Below are positions 1-13,134 of a stretch of 57,909 nt of DNA, one piece after another. Position 1 is the stretch's first letter. Each line of letters opens with the position of its first letter. The translations under genes were made by a program, and so were the position numbers. Location: positions 76,850-134,758 of the forward strand of contig NC_069005.1 of assembly GCF_001194135.2 (NCBI RefSeq). The letters are read 5' to 3'. Origin of the DNA: Octopus bimaculoides (lineage: Eukaryota). The notes beneath the pieces were generated by a model. The model was not told where the DNA came from. It did not search any database and was given only the letters and a program-made list of their open reading frames with translations.

Positions 1-327
1 ATAAGACATATTCCATATATTCAATAAGACATTCAATACTTTATTTCATTGTACCATCCATTTTTATTTTATATTATATATTGTATATTATATTATATAT
101 TGTATATTCCATATTCTATATCCCACATTGGTTTTGCAGGAATATAAATAAAACATAAAAAACAGACAGTGTTGGAACTCTTTTAAACAAAATAATATAT
201 TCCTCTATACACAATCATACAAAACCCCTTTTTTTTGTATTTATTTTTACTCGCATATATATATATATATATATGTGCATACATGTATATCTATCTATTT
301 ATATATATATAATATTCTAGTACTTAC

Positions 328-507
328 AGCTAGATGGAATGTAATTCCTTATGACTCTACACAGAATATGCCGCCGACTTGAGAGACCGAACTTTGCAAT
401 GGAGCTAATTTCGATAATCCTGCTTTGGTGTAGGTGACGTAAATTCGTTTGGTAAGTCCAGAATTTCTTGTCGCATCAAATCTGACTCAGCTACAGGGTC
501 CAACAAT
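328..507 (-). other. Candidate spliced exon (180 nt); best frame LLDPVAESDLMRQEILDLPNEFTSPTPKQDYRN*
   Basis: Minus-strand acceptor tattttccatttcctttaaacag| and donor |gtaagta. 33 open codons, then TAG. No recognised homology. Confidence 0.3.
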
Positions 508-1194
508 CTGTTTAAAGGAAATGGAAAATATGTTGTCAGGGAGACTTAGCTCAAAATACTAATTACAAGATTAATAAATTGCAGATAGCTGTTTATATAT
601 TCAAAGAGTTATCTATATATTTAATAAATTATATGAGTGGAATTAGAATGGACAGGTCTAGATGGTTTGTGGCAAAGCCGACATGATAGATTCTGAAAGT
701 GGCTGGAATAGATTCAGAGGAAGATATTGGACAAGACAGAGATTTGTCGTTGGAAACAGAAATCAGTAAGCTAGGAGGTACAAGGTGAGCCTTCATAATT
801 CATCGGTGATCAAACAATGGTGGATTTGATTGCTAGATAATATAGAGTTTGTACATAGTGCTATTGAATCGAGTTCTACCGTGAAAAGAACTTATTTTAT
901 ATAAATATTGTTGCAGAAAACGGTTATAGAAAACAAATCGTAGAAAGTACTTCACGGTTATTGAGGCGTTGGAACATTTTCATGTCACATTTTCTTTAAC
1001 CTGCTACTCTGATACTGGTTAGAAACAACTTATAGCAGAGGTGTCCCTAATATTTTCATTATCAGGGGAACCTTATATTTAAGTGAATCTTTCCAAGGAT
1101 CTTAGACTCATAAGAGGTCTGTCTACTCAACAAGTTTTGAACTTAGCTCTCGGAACAAAAGACGGGTTTGAAGACTCCAGGCTGGAAAATGTTG

Positions 1195-1231
<37 letters not shown>

Positions 1232-1396
1232 AGCAATGTTAAATCTCTGAACGAGGTGTTAACAGTAACTGCACGATAAAGTGAAGTATATTTGCCATTT
1301 AAATGTGGCTGACCCCTAAGGGTGGATGTTACTGTTGCTTTTAGCCCCAGGAGAACATCTCCTCCAGCTGGCTTATCGACACATATTATTATTATT

Positions 1397-1397
<1 letters not shown>

Positions 1398-1443
<46 letters not shown>
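1398..1443. repeat. (GAT)n microsatellite abutting a SINE head
   Basis: Direct tandem repeat. Confidence 0.95.
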
Positions 1444-1444
<1 letters not shown>

Positions 1445-1660
1445 GCACCGAGCTGGCAGAATCGTTAGCACACCGGGCAAAATGCTTCGTGACATTTCGT
1501 ACGCCCTTACGTTCTGAATTCAAATTCCGCCGAGGTCGAACTTGTCTTTCATCCTTTCTGTGTCGATTAGATAGGCACCAGTTCGCACCGAGGTTGCTGT
1601 AATGGACTAGCCCGCTTCCCCAAAATGTCAGGTGTTGTCCCTATTGAAGAAAAGATTATT
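1444..1660 (+). mobile_element. tRNA-derived SINE, family A (gagctggcagaatcgttagca...)
   Basis: A-box-like TGGCAGAATCGTTAG and B-box-like GAATTCAAATTCC. The same head recurs at 14705(-), 44110(-), 52325 and 55440. Simple-repeat tail. Confidence 0.9.
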
Positions 1661-1747
1661 ATTGTTGTTGTTGTTATATTTGTGTATCCAAGCATACATC
1701 CAACTTACACTGTGCCGGGCTTATACTTGTATGCGGAGGGGCGCCCG

Positions 1748-1784
<37 letters not shown>

Positions 1785-1806
1785 ATATATTTTGTTACCT
1801 TTTTCT

Positions 1807-1890
1807 AGACGAATGTTGAGGTGGTTTGGCCACATAGAGAGGATGGATACGAAGCGGATGGTGAGGAGGGTGATGAAGGCTGAAGTGGCA
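1807..1890 (+). mobile_element. RTE-type LINE reverse transcriptase C-terminal fragment
   Basis: Translates RRMLRWFGHIERMDTKRMVRRVMKAEV, matching the RRLRWxGHVxRM motif of RTE-clade LINEs. Confidence 0.75.
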
Positions 1891-4465
1891 GCCAAATTCA
1901 ATGTTTTATCCAGGACCTTTGGGTTCACGTTTGGTGAACTGATTGTAGAACAGGATCAATTATAAGACTTGTTGTTTGGCCCTAAATGAGTGAGTGTCTA
2001 TATGACCTCATGATCTGATAGATATAACAACACTATTGTCCCCATCACGGTATCATAACAGAAATGGTAATAGAGTGGTATCATAACATTGGGGTAATAG
2101 AGTGGTTCAGAATGTAGCAGCAAAATAAGATAGCGAAAAAAAAAAAAGGAGAAACAGGATAGTCATGGCTGCGATAATCTTTAATTATTGAGCCGGACTG
2201 ATCATCACCACCGTCATCATCATCTTTTTCTTCTTTTCTTTTCTTTTATCTTCTTCTTCAACAACAACAACAACAACAACGGTAATAACAAAATAAACAT
2301 CACCATAGTTTTCATTTAAAAGACGCACGGAGCTTGTATGTGACCGATCCATCTGCTAGAAATAAAAGCTAAACAGCCTTCAAATCATTATCTGCTGTCT
2401 TTAAAATGATCAAACTCTTCCGAAAATGTCTGTTAAATACACTGATTGAATAAAGGACAGAATGGTCACATTAGGACTGCCTTTGATCTGTTGGATGCTT
2501 GCTGACCTGGATGCTAAATAAAAACAACCATCATAAATTATATATTTTACAACAAAAAGATGAATATCAAATTCTGCCATGTCACTTTTGATCATCGATT
2601 GAATTATACAACCGTACGATATAAAACAAAGACCAGAGCAGATCAGACCACATCATAAAACACGCCACCATAGAAGAGTAGACCAGACCACAACACATCA
2701 CCACAGCATCACAACAACCCAATACAACAAACACAGCACACAAACAATATCACAAGATGCAAGCATCATATCCTGTTGCACTTAGTCACATCCTACTCAC
2801 CAAATTTACTCAATGTAAACCACCACTACCACCAAAACCACAACCAACACAGCCACAACTACTACCAGCGCCAACATCAACAGAAACAGCAGCAGCAGCA
2901 GCAGAGGCAAGAATTATCGTGCGATCTCACAGGATACATAGATATATAACACACCGACCCATAATAAAATAGTACCATCATAACCACCACCACCACCACA
3001 ACCACCACCACCGCCACAACATCACAGCTCAACATCAGAGCATTATTAGATATATGTTCACAAAAACAAACAAAATACAGAGATCAAAACTAAAGTTATA
3101 AATTCCCAATAATTTCTGTTGGAATTATTCCAGCAACTTAATGTGTTTTTCATGAGAGAACTCCAATTCACTACAGTTACTGATTTGGCAGAAAACGGCC
3201 AACAGCATTTACAATTAGACAAGCACATCCTTAAGTCGGCGCGCGCGCACGCGCGTGTTTATAAATAAATACATACACACACGCAAACATACTTATACAT
3301 AAACAATTACGTATATTGAATACCCTTTCTCTCGTGTGTAAAGCCAAACGCACGCACATGTGTGTGTGTATATATATGCACATGGGAATGCATGTATACA
3401 AAAGCACACACACACACACACACACTCGCACATATATTGTATCGAAAACATGACTGCTCTCATTTTATAATATTTATAAAGGTTTTTGGAGGTTTACTAA
3501 TGTTCCTTGCAGAGCTTAAAGGAAAAAAAGTATTCCCCATCATATTCATACTGTATATATGGGTACGCACATACATGCAGGCATATATACATGCGTACAT
3601 GAAGAAGTAAGCTTGTACATTTATACTCACACACGTGTCTACGGTATACATGCATGTATGTATATCATATAGGTGTAGTAATAGAAAGAGGAAAATATAT
3701 ATGCATAGAAATACATATCTTTAGCCTCTTACTAATGCTGAAAAATCTTCATACACTGTTACTCAGAGTTTCACGTTCAAGAAGGGATAGTTACATTCTT
3801 AAAAAAAAAAGGAACCCAGATCACATTAGATATTATTGTTCTGAGTACACTATGAATAAAAAGAAAAATACGTGATGGCCACGGTTAGAACACTTGTGGT
3901 CATAAAACCCTGTAAGTACCATTCATTGCAATCTATGTCCTTCATTTTGGGATACTACTCTATCACTTTCATGGTGCATTAATGTGTATGTATGTATATA
4001 CATATATATATATGTGCGTATAAACATATTTGTAGTCAGCTAGACACAGAAACATACACCAACACACACATATTACCTATTTATCTATACGTCAGCCTAT
4101 TCCAAGTGACACACCAGAGACCAATGTAAACATCACGACCTTCGTCCCTTGTATTCCAGCTATATTTACCTTTATGTGATTCTATTTTTGTAAAATTTAT
4201 ATCAAATTTGATCAGCAATAGCCTCGTTGGTTACAGGCTTCTTTAGTGTAATACATTTACCATGGTAACAGGGAAGCTGCTGACGACTTGGGCGGAATCA
4301 CAAATATAAGTAATATATACTTTTTTTCGAAAGTAATGATTTATCGATTTTTTTCGCGTATGTTTACAGCTTTGGCTGATAAACACTCATGCATAAAAAC
4401 AAAGACACTGCTCATTCAAATGAAGATATATATGTTATAATATGCATATCTATCTATTTATATAC

Positions 4466-4548
<83 letters not shown>

Positions 4549-4908
4549 NNNNNNNNNNNNNNNNNNNNNNNNNNNNNNNNNNNNNNNNNNNNNNNNNNNN
4601 NNNNNNNNNNNNNNNNNNNNNNNNNNNNNNNNNNNNNNNNNNNNNNNNNNNNNNNNNNNNNNNNNNNNNNNNNNNNNNNNNNNNNNNNNNNNNNNNNNNN
4701 NNNNNNNNNNNNNNNNNNNNNNNNNNNNNNNNNNNNNNNNNNNNNNNNNNNNNNNNNNNNNNNNNNNNNNNNNNNNNNNNNNNNNNNNNNNNNNNNNNNN
4801 NNNNNNNNNNNNNNNNNNNNNNNNNNNNNNNNNNNNNNNNNNNNNNNNNNNNNNNNNNNNNNNNNNNNNNNNNNNNNNNNNNNNNNNNNNNNNNNNNNNN
4901 NNNNNNNN

Positions 4909-4970
<62 letters not shown>

Positions 4971-5140
4971 GAGGTAAACAGAGTTAGCGGTTATACTAAC
5001 CTCCTAAGGGATAAAATATCCGTATTTACTATCGGCATCAGTTACCCGTGTTATCTCTGGGCATGAGTATGCAGGCACACCTTATGCACGTAGAGTACAG
5101 GTAACAGCAGAATAAACAAAAGTTTATCAGGAATCAAATT

Positions 5141-5967
5141 TAAATAATTAGAAAATGGAGAAAACTTTAGATCAGAAAATCATTTGGACCACATCTGTAG
5201 CTAATTATCTGATACAAACCATGACATAATGTAACATTTAATTGATATAACAATTCTTCTTTTTGTCTTTTTTATTTACATGTCCATTGAAACAGTTTTA
5301 ACTTTTGCCCTTGGTTCGAATATAATTGACCAATTGCAGAGATGAATAGACTTCGGTCTATTCCATTGCGGACAACAGGTGGTGTTCTCTGTAATATTCC
5401 AGTAAGTACACTATCAGAAGAACCCTACGGCATTGTTTTGGATAAATATCAGTCAGAGATTTTTACGATAACATAGCTACTGCTCTTTTTATAGACGTGT
5501 CAGTAATTTTCGTCTACTATTTGTTTTACTAACTTCTTTTCACAACTTTTAAGACATCTTGGTTCCCCCTTTATATGGAAATAATCCAAAAAAATCTTTT
5601 CCCTAGACCATTGCTAGATCATTCTTTTGCCCTTTCGAAGCCCCTATGATGGAAGGTTGTATGATTTATATTAGGTCTACAGGCTTCTTCTCTCGGCTAT
5701 GTTTTCTTTCTTATTCCTTCTTCCTTTTGTTTATTTTTTGGACGCTTTTGCATTCACTCTGATGAAGCTCCATGTTCTAGTTTGAATATCTTATGAAGAT
5801 GAAGAATATTATTTCCGTAATTCTTTCGTAGGCACTGACTGACATCGGAAGCGGAAAAGAATTGTTATATCAATTAAATGTTTTGTCATGTTTTGTTTTA
5901 AATAATTAGCTACACGTGTGGTCCAATTGATTTGTTAATCTAAAGTTTTTTTTTTCCATTTTCTAAT

Positions 5968-5975
<8 letters not shown>
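5141..5975. mobile_element. Old fold-back/MITE-like element with about 118-bp imperfect terminal inverted repeats
   Basis: 5141-5258 is the reverse complement of 5857-5975 at roughly 80% identity by eye. The spacer is about 600 bp and its frames are interrupted by stops. No clear TSD. Confidence 0.75.
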
Positions 5976-6036
<61 letters not shown>

Positions 6037-6215
6037 GACATCAAGTTGAAATTCTTAAAGCGGCCGGGACCCTACATCAACGGGAGCGTGCGCTGCAAGC
6101 TTTGCATAGCCGAGCGAGCAAGGAACCTCAAAGACTCCCTGAAACCTGGATCACTGAATACTCGCCAAGAAAATTTCAGTCCCTGCATCCCCATTTCAAG
6201 CGCTACCTGTTGCAA
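6037..6215 (+). mobile_element. Penelope-like element, GIY-YIG endonuclease C-terminus
   Basis: LKRPGPYINGSVRCKLCIAERARNLKDSLKPGSLNTRQENFSPC..HFKRYLL matches the Penelope PYxNGSxxCxLCxxE...LNxRxE..xCxHxxxxLL ending. Confidence 0.85.
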
Positions 6216-7120
6216 GCAGTGGATCTTATTGTTGGTGCCTCTGCGCGTGGTATCTACGATTCTTACATTGTCAAATTTCCCCTTGCCTTAACTAACTTTC
6301 GCTATTATATATCAATCTCGTTGAAGAACTTTGTTGCAGTAGAGACGGCGGCATACACCAGTTACATAAATATCTGATATAGTCTCCTAATGTTTCTTGG
6401 TTCCACTGTAAACTCTGACATTTTGTGCTGAGAACGATTGTTACATATCAAATGTAAAATGTTAGCTTTGATTGATACAGGTTTCATTATTCTTACAAAG
6501 CTCGGCATTAGATAATTAATTTTGGCAGTTTCCGACATGACTAAATCTTTCAGGATCAATAACGATGGGTTTCATGTAATGGAAATTGAATATATATGGT
6601 TTGGGAATACTATTGTTGACTTAAAATCTCTATCCATAAGTCCTTGTCAAACGCAAGCAATCTCCTAGCATTGTAGGAGACATATTTAATTGTATCAAAT
6701 TTATCCAGCAATGAAAATATTTCATTTATTAGAATTTTATATTCTGAATAAGACGCTGCTACACACACGCGCAGGAAAACAAAAATACACATACACACAC
6801 ACACACACATACACGCACGCACGCACATGTATATCTACTGAAAATGAAGTGAACTTAGGAGACACTTCTCAAGAGACTGTTTTCGTTTGCCATATTGATT
6901 CACCGACATTGTCATATGTCTATTTCATATTTAATCAATGGAGATTCGGAAAGCAGTGAGAGGGCTTAGCCGCAGAAATCTACGCTCGTTGTAAACCCAG
7001 TCATTGTTCAAACTACTTGTAACATATGTAGATGGCGCAACTGTAGGGGACGTCGTTTGTTTTACTTTCTTTACAAACGCACGTTCTCAGATAAACATAC
7101 GCTCACATATATACATGCAA

Positions 7121-7122
<2 letters not shown>

Positions 7123-7198
<76 letters not shown>
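7123..7198. repeat. (AT)n microsatellite
   Basis: Direct tandem repeat. Confidence 0.95.
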
Positions 7199-7201
<3 letters not shown>

Positions 7202-7674
7202 TACACACGGACACACTAACATATGTATAATATACATTCATCCATGCCTGTATGTATGTACAACTATACCAATATCTTCTCTCTCCCCATATATTTTCCC
7301 TACCTCTACCTCTCTCTGTTTATATATGAACTACACAAAGTAAATATGGAATAACAAATATTTATCGCCGTTTATCTCGCGCGTCACACCTCTATGTATG
7401 AGTGATTGTTTGCCTTGACAGCTAAATATAGAAAAGAGAGTGACACAATCAGCTGCAAAATGCAGAGCAGTTGCAGACATCGTAAAGGATTGGTATACAA
7501 ATCGCTTAGAAAGGGACAAAAGATCAATATGTCACTTCAGGTATATCAACGAGAAATACTATCACCATGGTAATGGCTAAAGCAAGATGTTCTCTGTCTG
7601 TCTCCCTAACCTCTGGGAGATTTTAGGTGTTTGTGTCCATCTGTTCTAATTTAATTAAACTCTATGTCTTCATG

Positions 7675-7765
7675 CAGCTGAAGATTGCTCTGCATTTTAA
7701 ATTCATGTAATGATTACATTGTTCAATTAAATGGAGTTGCACGAAACGATCGTGCTGCATTAACT
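7675..7765. repeat. Dispersed repeat copy, inverted relative to 57395-57483
   Basis: cagctgaagattgctctgcattttaaattcatgtaatgatt... aligns to the reverse complement of 57395-57483 at about 80%. Confidence 0.8.
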
Positions 7766-8234
7766 TTGGATATCCTTGTTGCTTATTTTGATTTTAATCA
7801 CCTTACTTTGAAATTGTATGGATAATACCGTACTAAATTCTGGTGCCTCAACTTAAGTACCATATCCACCTGAATCTAAATTTTTACTCAACTCACCTAC
7901 CACACGCATATACATATATAGAAAACAAAATATTGAAGGGAACGCTAACATTTGGAAATCCCGTTAAGGAAATATACTTAATAAGGTAAGAGAAGAGTAG
8001 AAGGTATAGATAGATAAGGAGGAAGGGAAGATAAAGCAAAGTTAAAAGGCAGAGAGGGGAGAGAAGAGGACGAGATTAGATGGATAAAGGATGGGAAGAA
8101 AAAAATGGAGAAATAAAGGTTATGGGAAGTAAGGACAAATAATAAAGATAAATAATATGCGTCCTTCCACACGTGTGTATGTGTATATATGGAAATATGC
8201 ATGTTTGTATGGGTATATGTATGTATATATGTAC

Positions 8235-8265
<31 letters not shown>

Positions 8266-8371
8266 TGTGTGCAGATTGTTAGGTGTGGTGTACAGAAACT
8301 GAATATTGAGAAAAAAAAAGTCATCAGAATTTTGGAAATAAAAATCTTTTCATTTCTTCATTATTATTAAC

Positions 8372-8890
8372 GCTTTCATTCGTTTCTCGAACCATCACAG
8401 TTGCTAAACATTTCGTATCTGCGCATGACCCTTTGTCATTTCTCTTCTAAGAATTCTTGGTAGAAGAACCAAAGTATGTCATGTTCGTGAGGACGTTTAA
8501 CCTTGTTAAGTAAACGCTTGGCACGAATCAAAAGTTTTCCTGTGTCTTTACAGACATAAGTTGATCTCTCTTCCATACATACAACTTGTATCGAATGTTC
8601 TCATGGATCACAGGTGCGATAGGCCACTTCAAAACCTGAAGTTCTTTGGCGATTTTCCGGGATCACAATCGATAATGTTTTGAATCTGTTGGATGAATTA
8701 ATCGTATGTCCTTATAATGTCTGAACATTTAGAATGACTTCTCTCTTTGATAATGGTAAAATATTCCTGCCAGAGGCTTCCAGTTCCATAAACACCCCAC
8801 GAACAAAAGAACTGGTAACGTTTAGTGAGTTGGCAATTTCTAAATCGTCATGTTCTACAGATATAGAAACAATGACTGCATGCAGCTACA
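8372..8890 (-). mobile_element. Tc1/mariner-superfamily (maT/rosa-like) transposase remnant
   Basis: Frameshifted translation includes ANSLNVTSSFV (HTH), IRAKRLLNKVKRPHEHDILWFF and VMRRYEMFSNCDGSRNE*. These match RAKRLLNKLKxP...WFFSDE...VMHTKFPATVMVLGVVSNEG. Confidence 0.8.
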
Positions 8891-9419
8891 CACACTCATA
8901 CATAGAGAAAGACATTTATAGACAAGCATACACACGGTGATATGGTACATTTATACATACACACACAGGTATATANNNNNNNNNNNNNNNNNNNNNNNNN
9001 NNNNNNNNNNNNNNNNNNNNNNNNNNNNNNNNNNNNNNNNNNNNNNNNNNNNNNNNNNNNNNNNNNNNNNNNNNNATATATATATATATATATATACATA
9101 TATATATGTATGTATGAATATACATACATACATATGTATGTATGTATGTAATATCACACTACTTGCATATATGTCCCAACCCGGCGATTCATTTCGTTAC
9201 GGATTGTTTTTCGAGTACATGGTACCGAGAAGTAACTTTAATGGCGAAATATTGATAACTATCAGTCTCGATCATCTCGAAGCGGCTTGTCTCGCCTGGC
9301 CTGGGGTAATCAGTGTTCTTAAACAGTTGGCGTTCAGTAGCTAGCTTTCCCAGGACGCTGCCGAGCAGCAAAATGCGCTTATAAAGAAATCATATACAAT
9401 GTATGTTCGAACGTTCGAG

Positions 9420-9500
9420 CGTACGTACGTACGTACGTACGTGCGTGCGTGCGTGCGTACGCGCTCGCCCGTCCGTCCGTTCGTCCGTCCGTCCGTCCGT
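9420..9500. repeat. Compound CpG-rich tetranucleotide microsatellite (TACG)n(TGCG)n(TCCG)n
   Basis: Direct reading; runs into a 10-N gap. Confidence 0.95.
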
Positions 9501-9840
9501 NNNNNNNNNNAGCTGTGTTTGTGTGTGTATGTGTGTGCGTGTATGTATGCATGTATGTATACACACGTATCCAAATGTTTCTGACGTACAACGGTGTTCG
9601 ATTACATAAGCCAATCAACATATCACGAAACATGGACGTCACAATGAGCGAAGTTAAATAAACAGTGTTTTATCTGTCCATCGACAGGAAGTGAAGCATG
9701 ACGTTTCCAGCCGACTGCAAACTACATTTCGATGATGTGACGATGGCGAGCTGTCTATGTGTCTGTGAATCAATGGAAAGGTTGTTGTTTCTTTGCCTGG
9801 GGTCAGCCCTAATGGAGAAACACCTATCTGTCAGACTTAC

Positions 9841-9899
9841 ATATCCCGCAGTCTTGCTACGTGCAGGGATAAAACAATACCAGATTATTCAGCATGTTC
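9841..9899 (-). other. Candidate non-coding exon (59 nt)
   Basis: Acceptor ttttgtttcactcttacatttag| and donor |gtaagtc. Stops in all three frames. Confidence 0.3.
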
Positions 9900-10957
9900 C
9901 TAAATGTAAGAGTGAAACAAAATGTCAAAACATGGCAGGATGTGATATCTATACCAAACGACCACATAGGAACCTCTCGTAGTCCCGTGTTTGTCACGTT
10001 CAATCCATTTACAGTTTTATTTTTTATTTATTTCGACCACGCACACGCCGACAGAAGCAAAACGGGTGGAAGAGACCATAACGGACTGTTTCATGGTCTG
10101 TTGACCGCTCTTGAGAATGTACAACTGAAATTTTCTTCCCCGGTCGATAGCGTAGAATATTCAGCTCTTATATAAAGCAGGATGTAATTAAGCTATTACT
10201 ATATATNNNNNNNNNNNNNNNNNNNNNNNNNNNNNNNNNNNNNNNNNNNNNNNNNNNNNNNNNNNNNNNNNNNNNNNNNNNNNNNNNNNNNNNNNNNNNN
10301 NNNNNNNNNNNNNNNNNNNNNNNNNNNNNNNNNNNNNNNNNNNNNNNNNNNNNNNNNNNNNNNNNNNNNNNNNNNNNNNNNNNNNNNNNNNNNNNNNNNN
10401 NNNNNNNNNNNNNNNNNNNNNNNNNNNNNNNNNNNNNNNNNNNNNNNNNNNNNNNNNNNNNNNNNNNNNNNNNNNNNNNNNNNNNNNNNNNNNNNNNNNN
10501 NNNNNNNNNNNNNNNNNNNNNNNNNNNNNNNNNNNNNNNNNNNNNNNNNNNNNNNNNNNNNNNNNNNNNNNNNNNNNNNNNNNNNNNNNNNNNNNNNNNN
10601 NNNNNNNNNNNNNNNNNNNNNNNNNNNNNNNNNNNNNNNNNNNNNNNNNNNNNNNNNNNNNNNNNNNNNNNNNNNNNNNNNNNNNNNNNNNNNNNNNNNN
10701 NNNNNNNNNNNNNNNNNNNNNNNNNNNNNNNNNNNNNNNNNNNNNNNNNNNNNNNNNNNNNNNNNNNNNNNNNNNNNNNNNNNNNNNNNNNNNNNNNNNN
10801 NNNNNNNNNNNNNNNNNNNNNNNNNNNNNNNNNNNNNNNNNNNNNNNNNNNNNNNNNNNNNNNNNNNNNNNNNNNNNNNNNNNNNNNNNNNNNNNNNNNN
10901 NNNNNNNNNNNNNNNNNNNNNNNNNNNNNNNNNNNNNNNNNNNNNNNNNNNNNNNNG

Positions 10958-11009
<52 letters not shown>

Positions 11010-11413
11010 TGTGTGTGTGTACATCTTTTAAATTCATTTACGTGAAACAGTCACAACCTAATGCTGCTGACTGCTAAATCAGTTTTGTGGGGTTACATCT
11101 AGCTGCGCCGACATAATGTAAGGGTAAATTAACATTTAATGGATCGCTACAGGCGTTTCCACAAATCAAATGTGTCTTAAGATCACAGTCTGTGTAATAC
11201 ACTTTATATACATACATGCTGGTACAGATTTCATTCAATAGCTTTCTCGTGTTTTAAACAAACAAATATATATGGATGTATGAATATATGTATGTATATG
11301 TACGCGCATGTATTTTTTTTGCTTGTTTTATAAGTAATCAATGTAATGTATGTTGAAATTAAGTACATATGTATGTATGTATGTATGTACAGATATGGAT
11401 ATGAATATAGCTA

Positions 11414-11455
<42 letters not shown>

Positions 11456-12719
11456 TGTACGTGTATAAATATACATATGTATCTGTCAACTGAAAACTAA
11501 TTGAATCTATATATTTACAAATGTATTTACAGGAAAAACGTAATTAAAGTTTCCTGTCGACTATTTTAGAGGAAGTTAATTGCAATTTTAATCAGAATAA
11601 TGTTACTGTTAGTTATGATGATTGTGATGATGATGTTGATTAAGAGAAGGTGGAAGAGAAAGAGTATGGGAATGGCGATGGTGATGGAGATGTCGACGAA
11701 GCATTTAAGTATGGCATTCGACATTTTGTTAGTAATGTCGATGATAACATAATTGCCAAACTAAACGGAAAGAAAACTGGATGACAATGAGGATGATGAT
11801 GATGATGATAAATAGAGCAGATTAAAATGAAGGAAAATGGAGCTCAATAAACTCTTCACAATCTTCATTTTCTTCTCCCTTTATATATATATATATATAT
11901 ATATATNNNNNNNNNNNNNNNNNNNNNNNNNNNNNNNNNNNNNNNNNNNNNNNNNNNNNNNNNNNNNNNNNNNNNNNNNNNNNNNNNNNNNNNNNNNNNN
12001 NNNNNNNNNNNNNNNNNNNNNNNNNNNNNNNNNNNNNNNNNNNNNNNNNNNNNNNNNNNNNNNNNNNNNNNNNNNNNNNNNNNNNNNNNNNNNNNNNNNN
12101 NNNNNNNNNNNNNNNNNNNNNNNNNNNNNNNNNNNNNNNNNNNNNNNNNNNNNNNNNNNNNNNNNNNNNNNNNNNNNNNNNNNNNNNNNNNNNNNNNNNN
12201 NNNNNNNNNNNNNNNNNNNNNNNNNNNNNNNNNNNNNNNNNNNNNNNNNNNNNNNNNNNNNNNNNNNNNNNNNNNNNNNNNNNNNNNNNNNNNNNNNNNN
12301 NNNNNNNNNNNNNNNNNNNNNNNNNNNNNNNNNNNNNNNNNNNNNNNNNNNNNNNNNNNNNNNNNNNNNNNNNNNNNNNNNNNNNNNNNNNNNNNNNNNN
12401 NNNNNNNNNNNNNNNNNNNNNNNNNNNNNNNNNNNNNNNNNNNNNNNNNNNNNNNNNNNNNNNNNNNNNNNNNNNNNNNNNNNNNNNNNNNNNNNNNNNN
12501 NNNNNNNNNNNNNNNNNNNNNNNNNNNNNNNNNNNNNNNNNNNNNNNNNNNNNNNNNNNNNNNNNNNNNNNNNNNNNNNNNNNNNNNNNNNNNNNNNNNN
12601 NNNNNNNNNNNNNNNNNNNNNNNNNNNNNNNNNNNNNNNNNNNNNNNNNNNNNNNNNNNNNNNNNNNNNNNNNNNNNNNNNNNNNNNNNNNNNNNNNNNN
12701 NNNNNNNNNNNNNNNNNNN

Positions 12720-12751
<32 letters not shown>

Positions 12752-12954
12752 GAAAGCCATCCAGCAAATCTCAACAGGGGCAATGAACAACCTGGGATGC
12801 TATCATGCAGAAATCTCTCACATGGAACGATGTGTGAGACATCAGAAGAATGTTGTACACGCTCACATATATATATATATATATGTATGTGCGTGTATGT
12901 ATATACGTATGTGTATGTATTTTTGTGTATATACTTATATGTGTATGTGTTTGC

Positions 12955-13134
12955 GACAGGTGGTTTAGGCGTTCGGCTTATGATAAAGACGTCGTTCCAT
13001 TTCTGGTTAGGGTGTTGTAAGCTTGAGCAAGATCCGTCATTTCACATTTTCCCGTCTACTTGGCTGAAATTTATACAAGCCCAATGCTGGTGTAGCCCTC
13101 ATGCATTCTGTCTATCAAATTCTGGACAATTATT
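12955..13134 (+). mobile_element. Degenerate tRNA-derived SINE, family C, interrupted by or abutting the MITE
   Basis: ggtttaggcgttcggcttatgat...cttgagcaagat..tttcaca resembles the reverse complement of the copy at 36612-36920. Confidence 0.55.

Noticed and set aside
1037-1196. Possible hAT-type MITE starting CAG
   Set aside because: The termini do not form a convincing inverted repeat and no TSD is visible.
4389-5066. Long ORFs spanning N-gaps (also near 10168, 11822, 25879, 38161, 44856, 48619 and 53697)
   Set aside because: Artefacts of N runs and dinucleotide repeats (THTH, CVCV, YIYI).
7421-7539. Plus-strand open segment LNIEKRVTQSAAKCRAVADIVKDWYTNRLERDKRSICHF
   Set aside because: Weak donor (gtatat), no partner exons and no recognised family.
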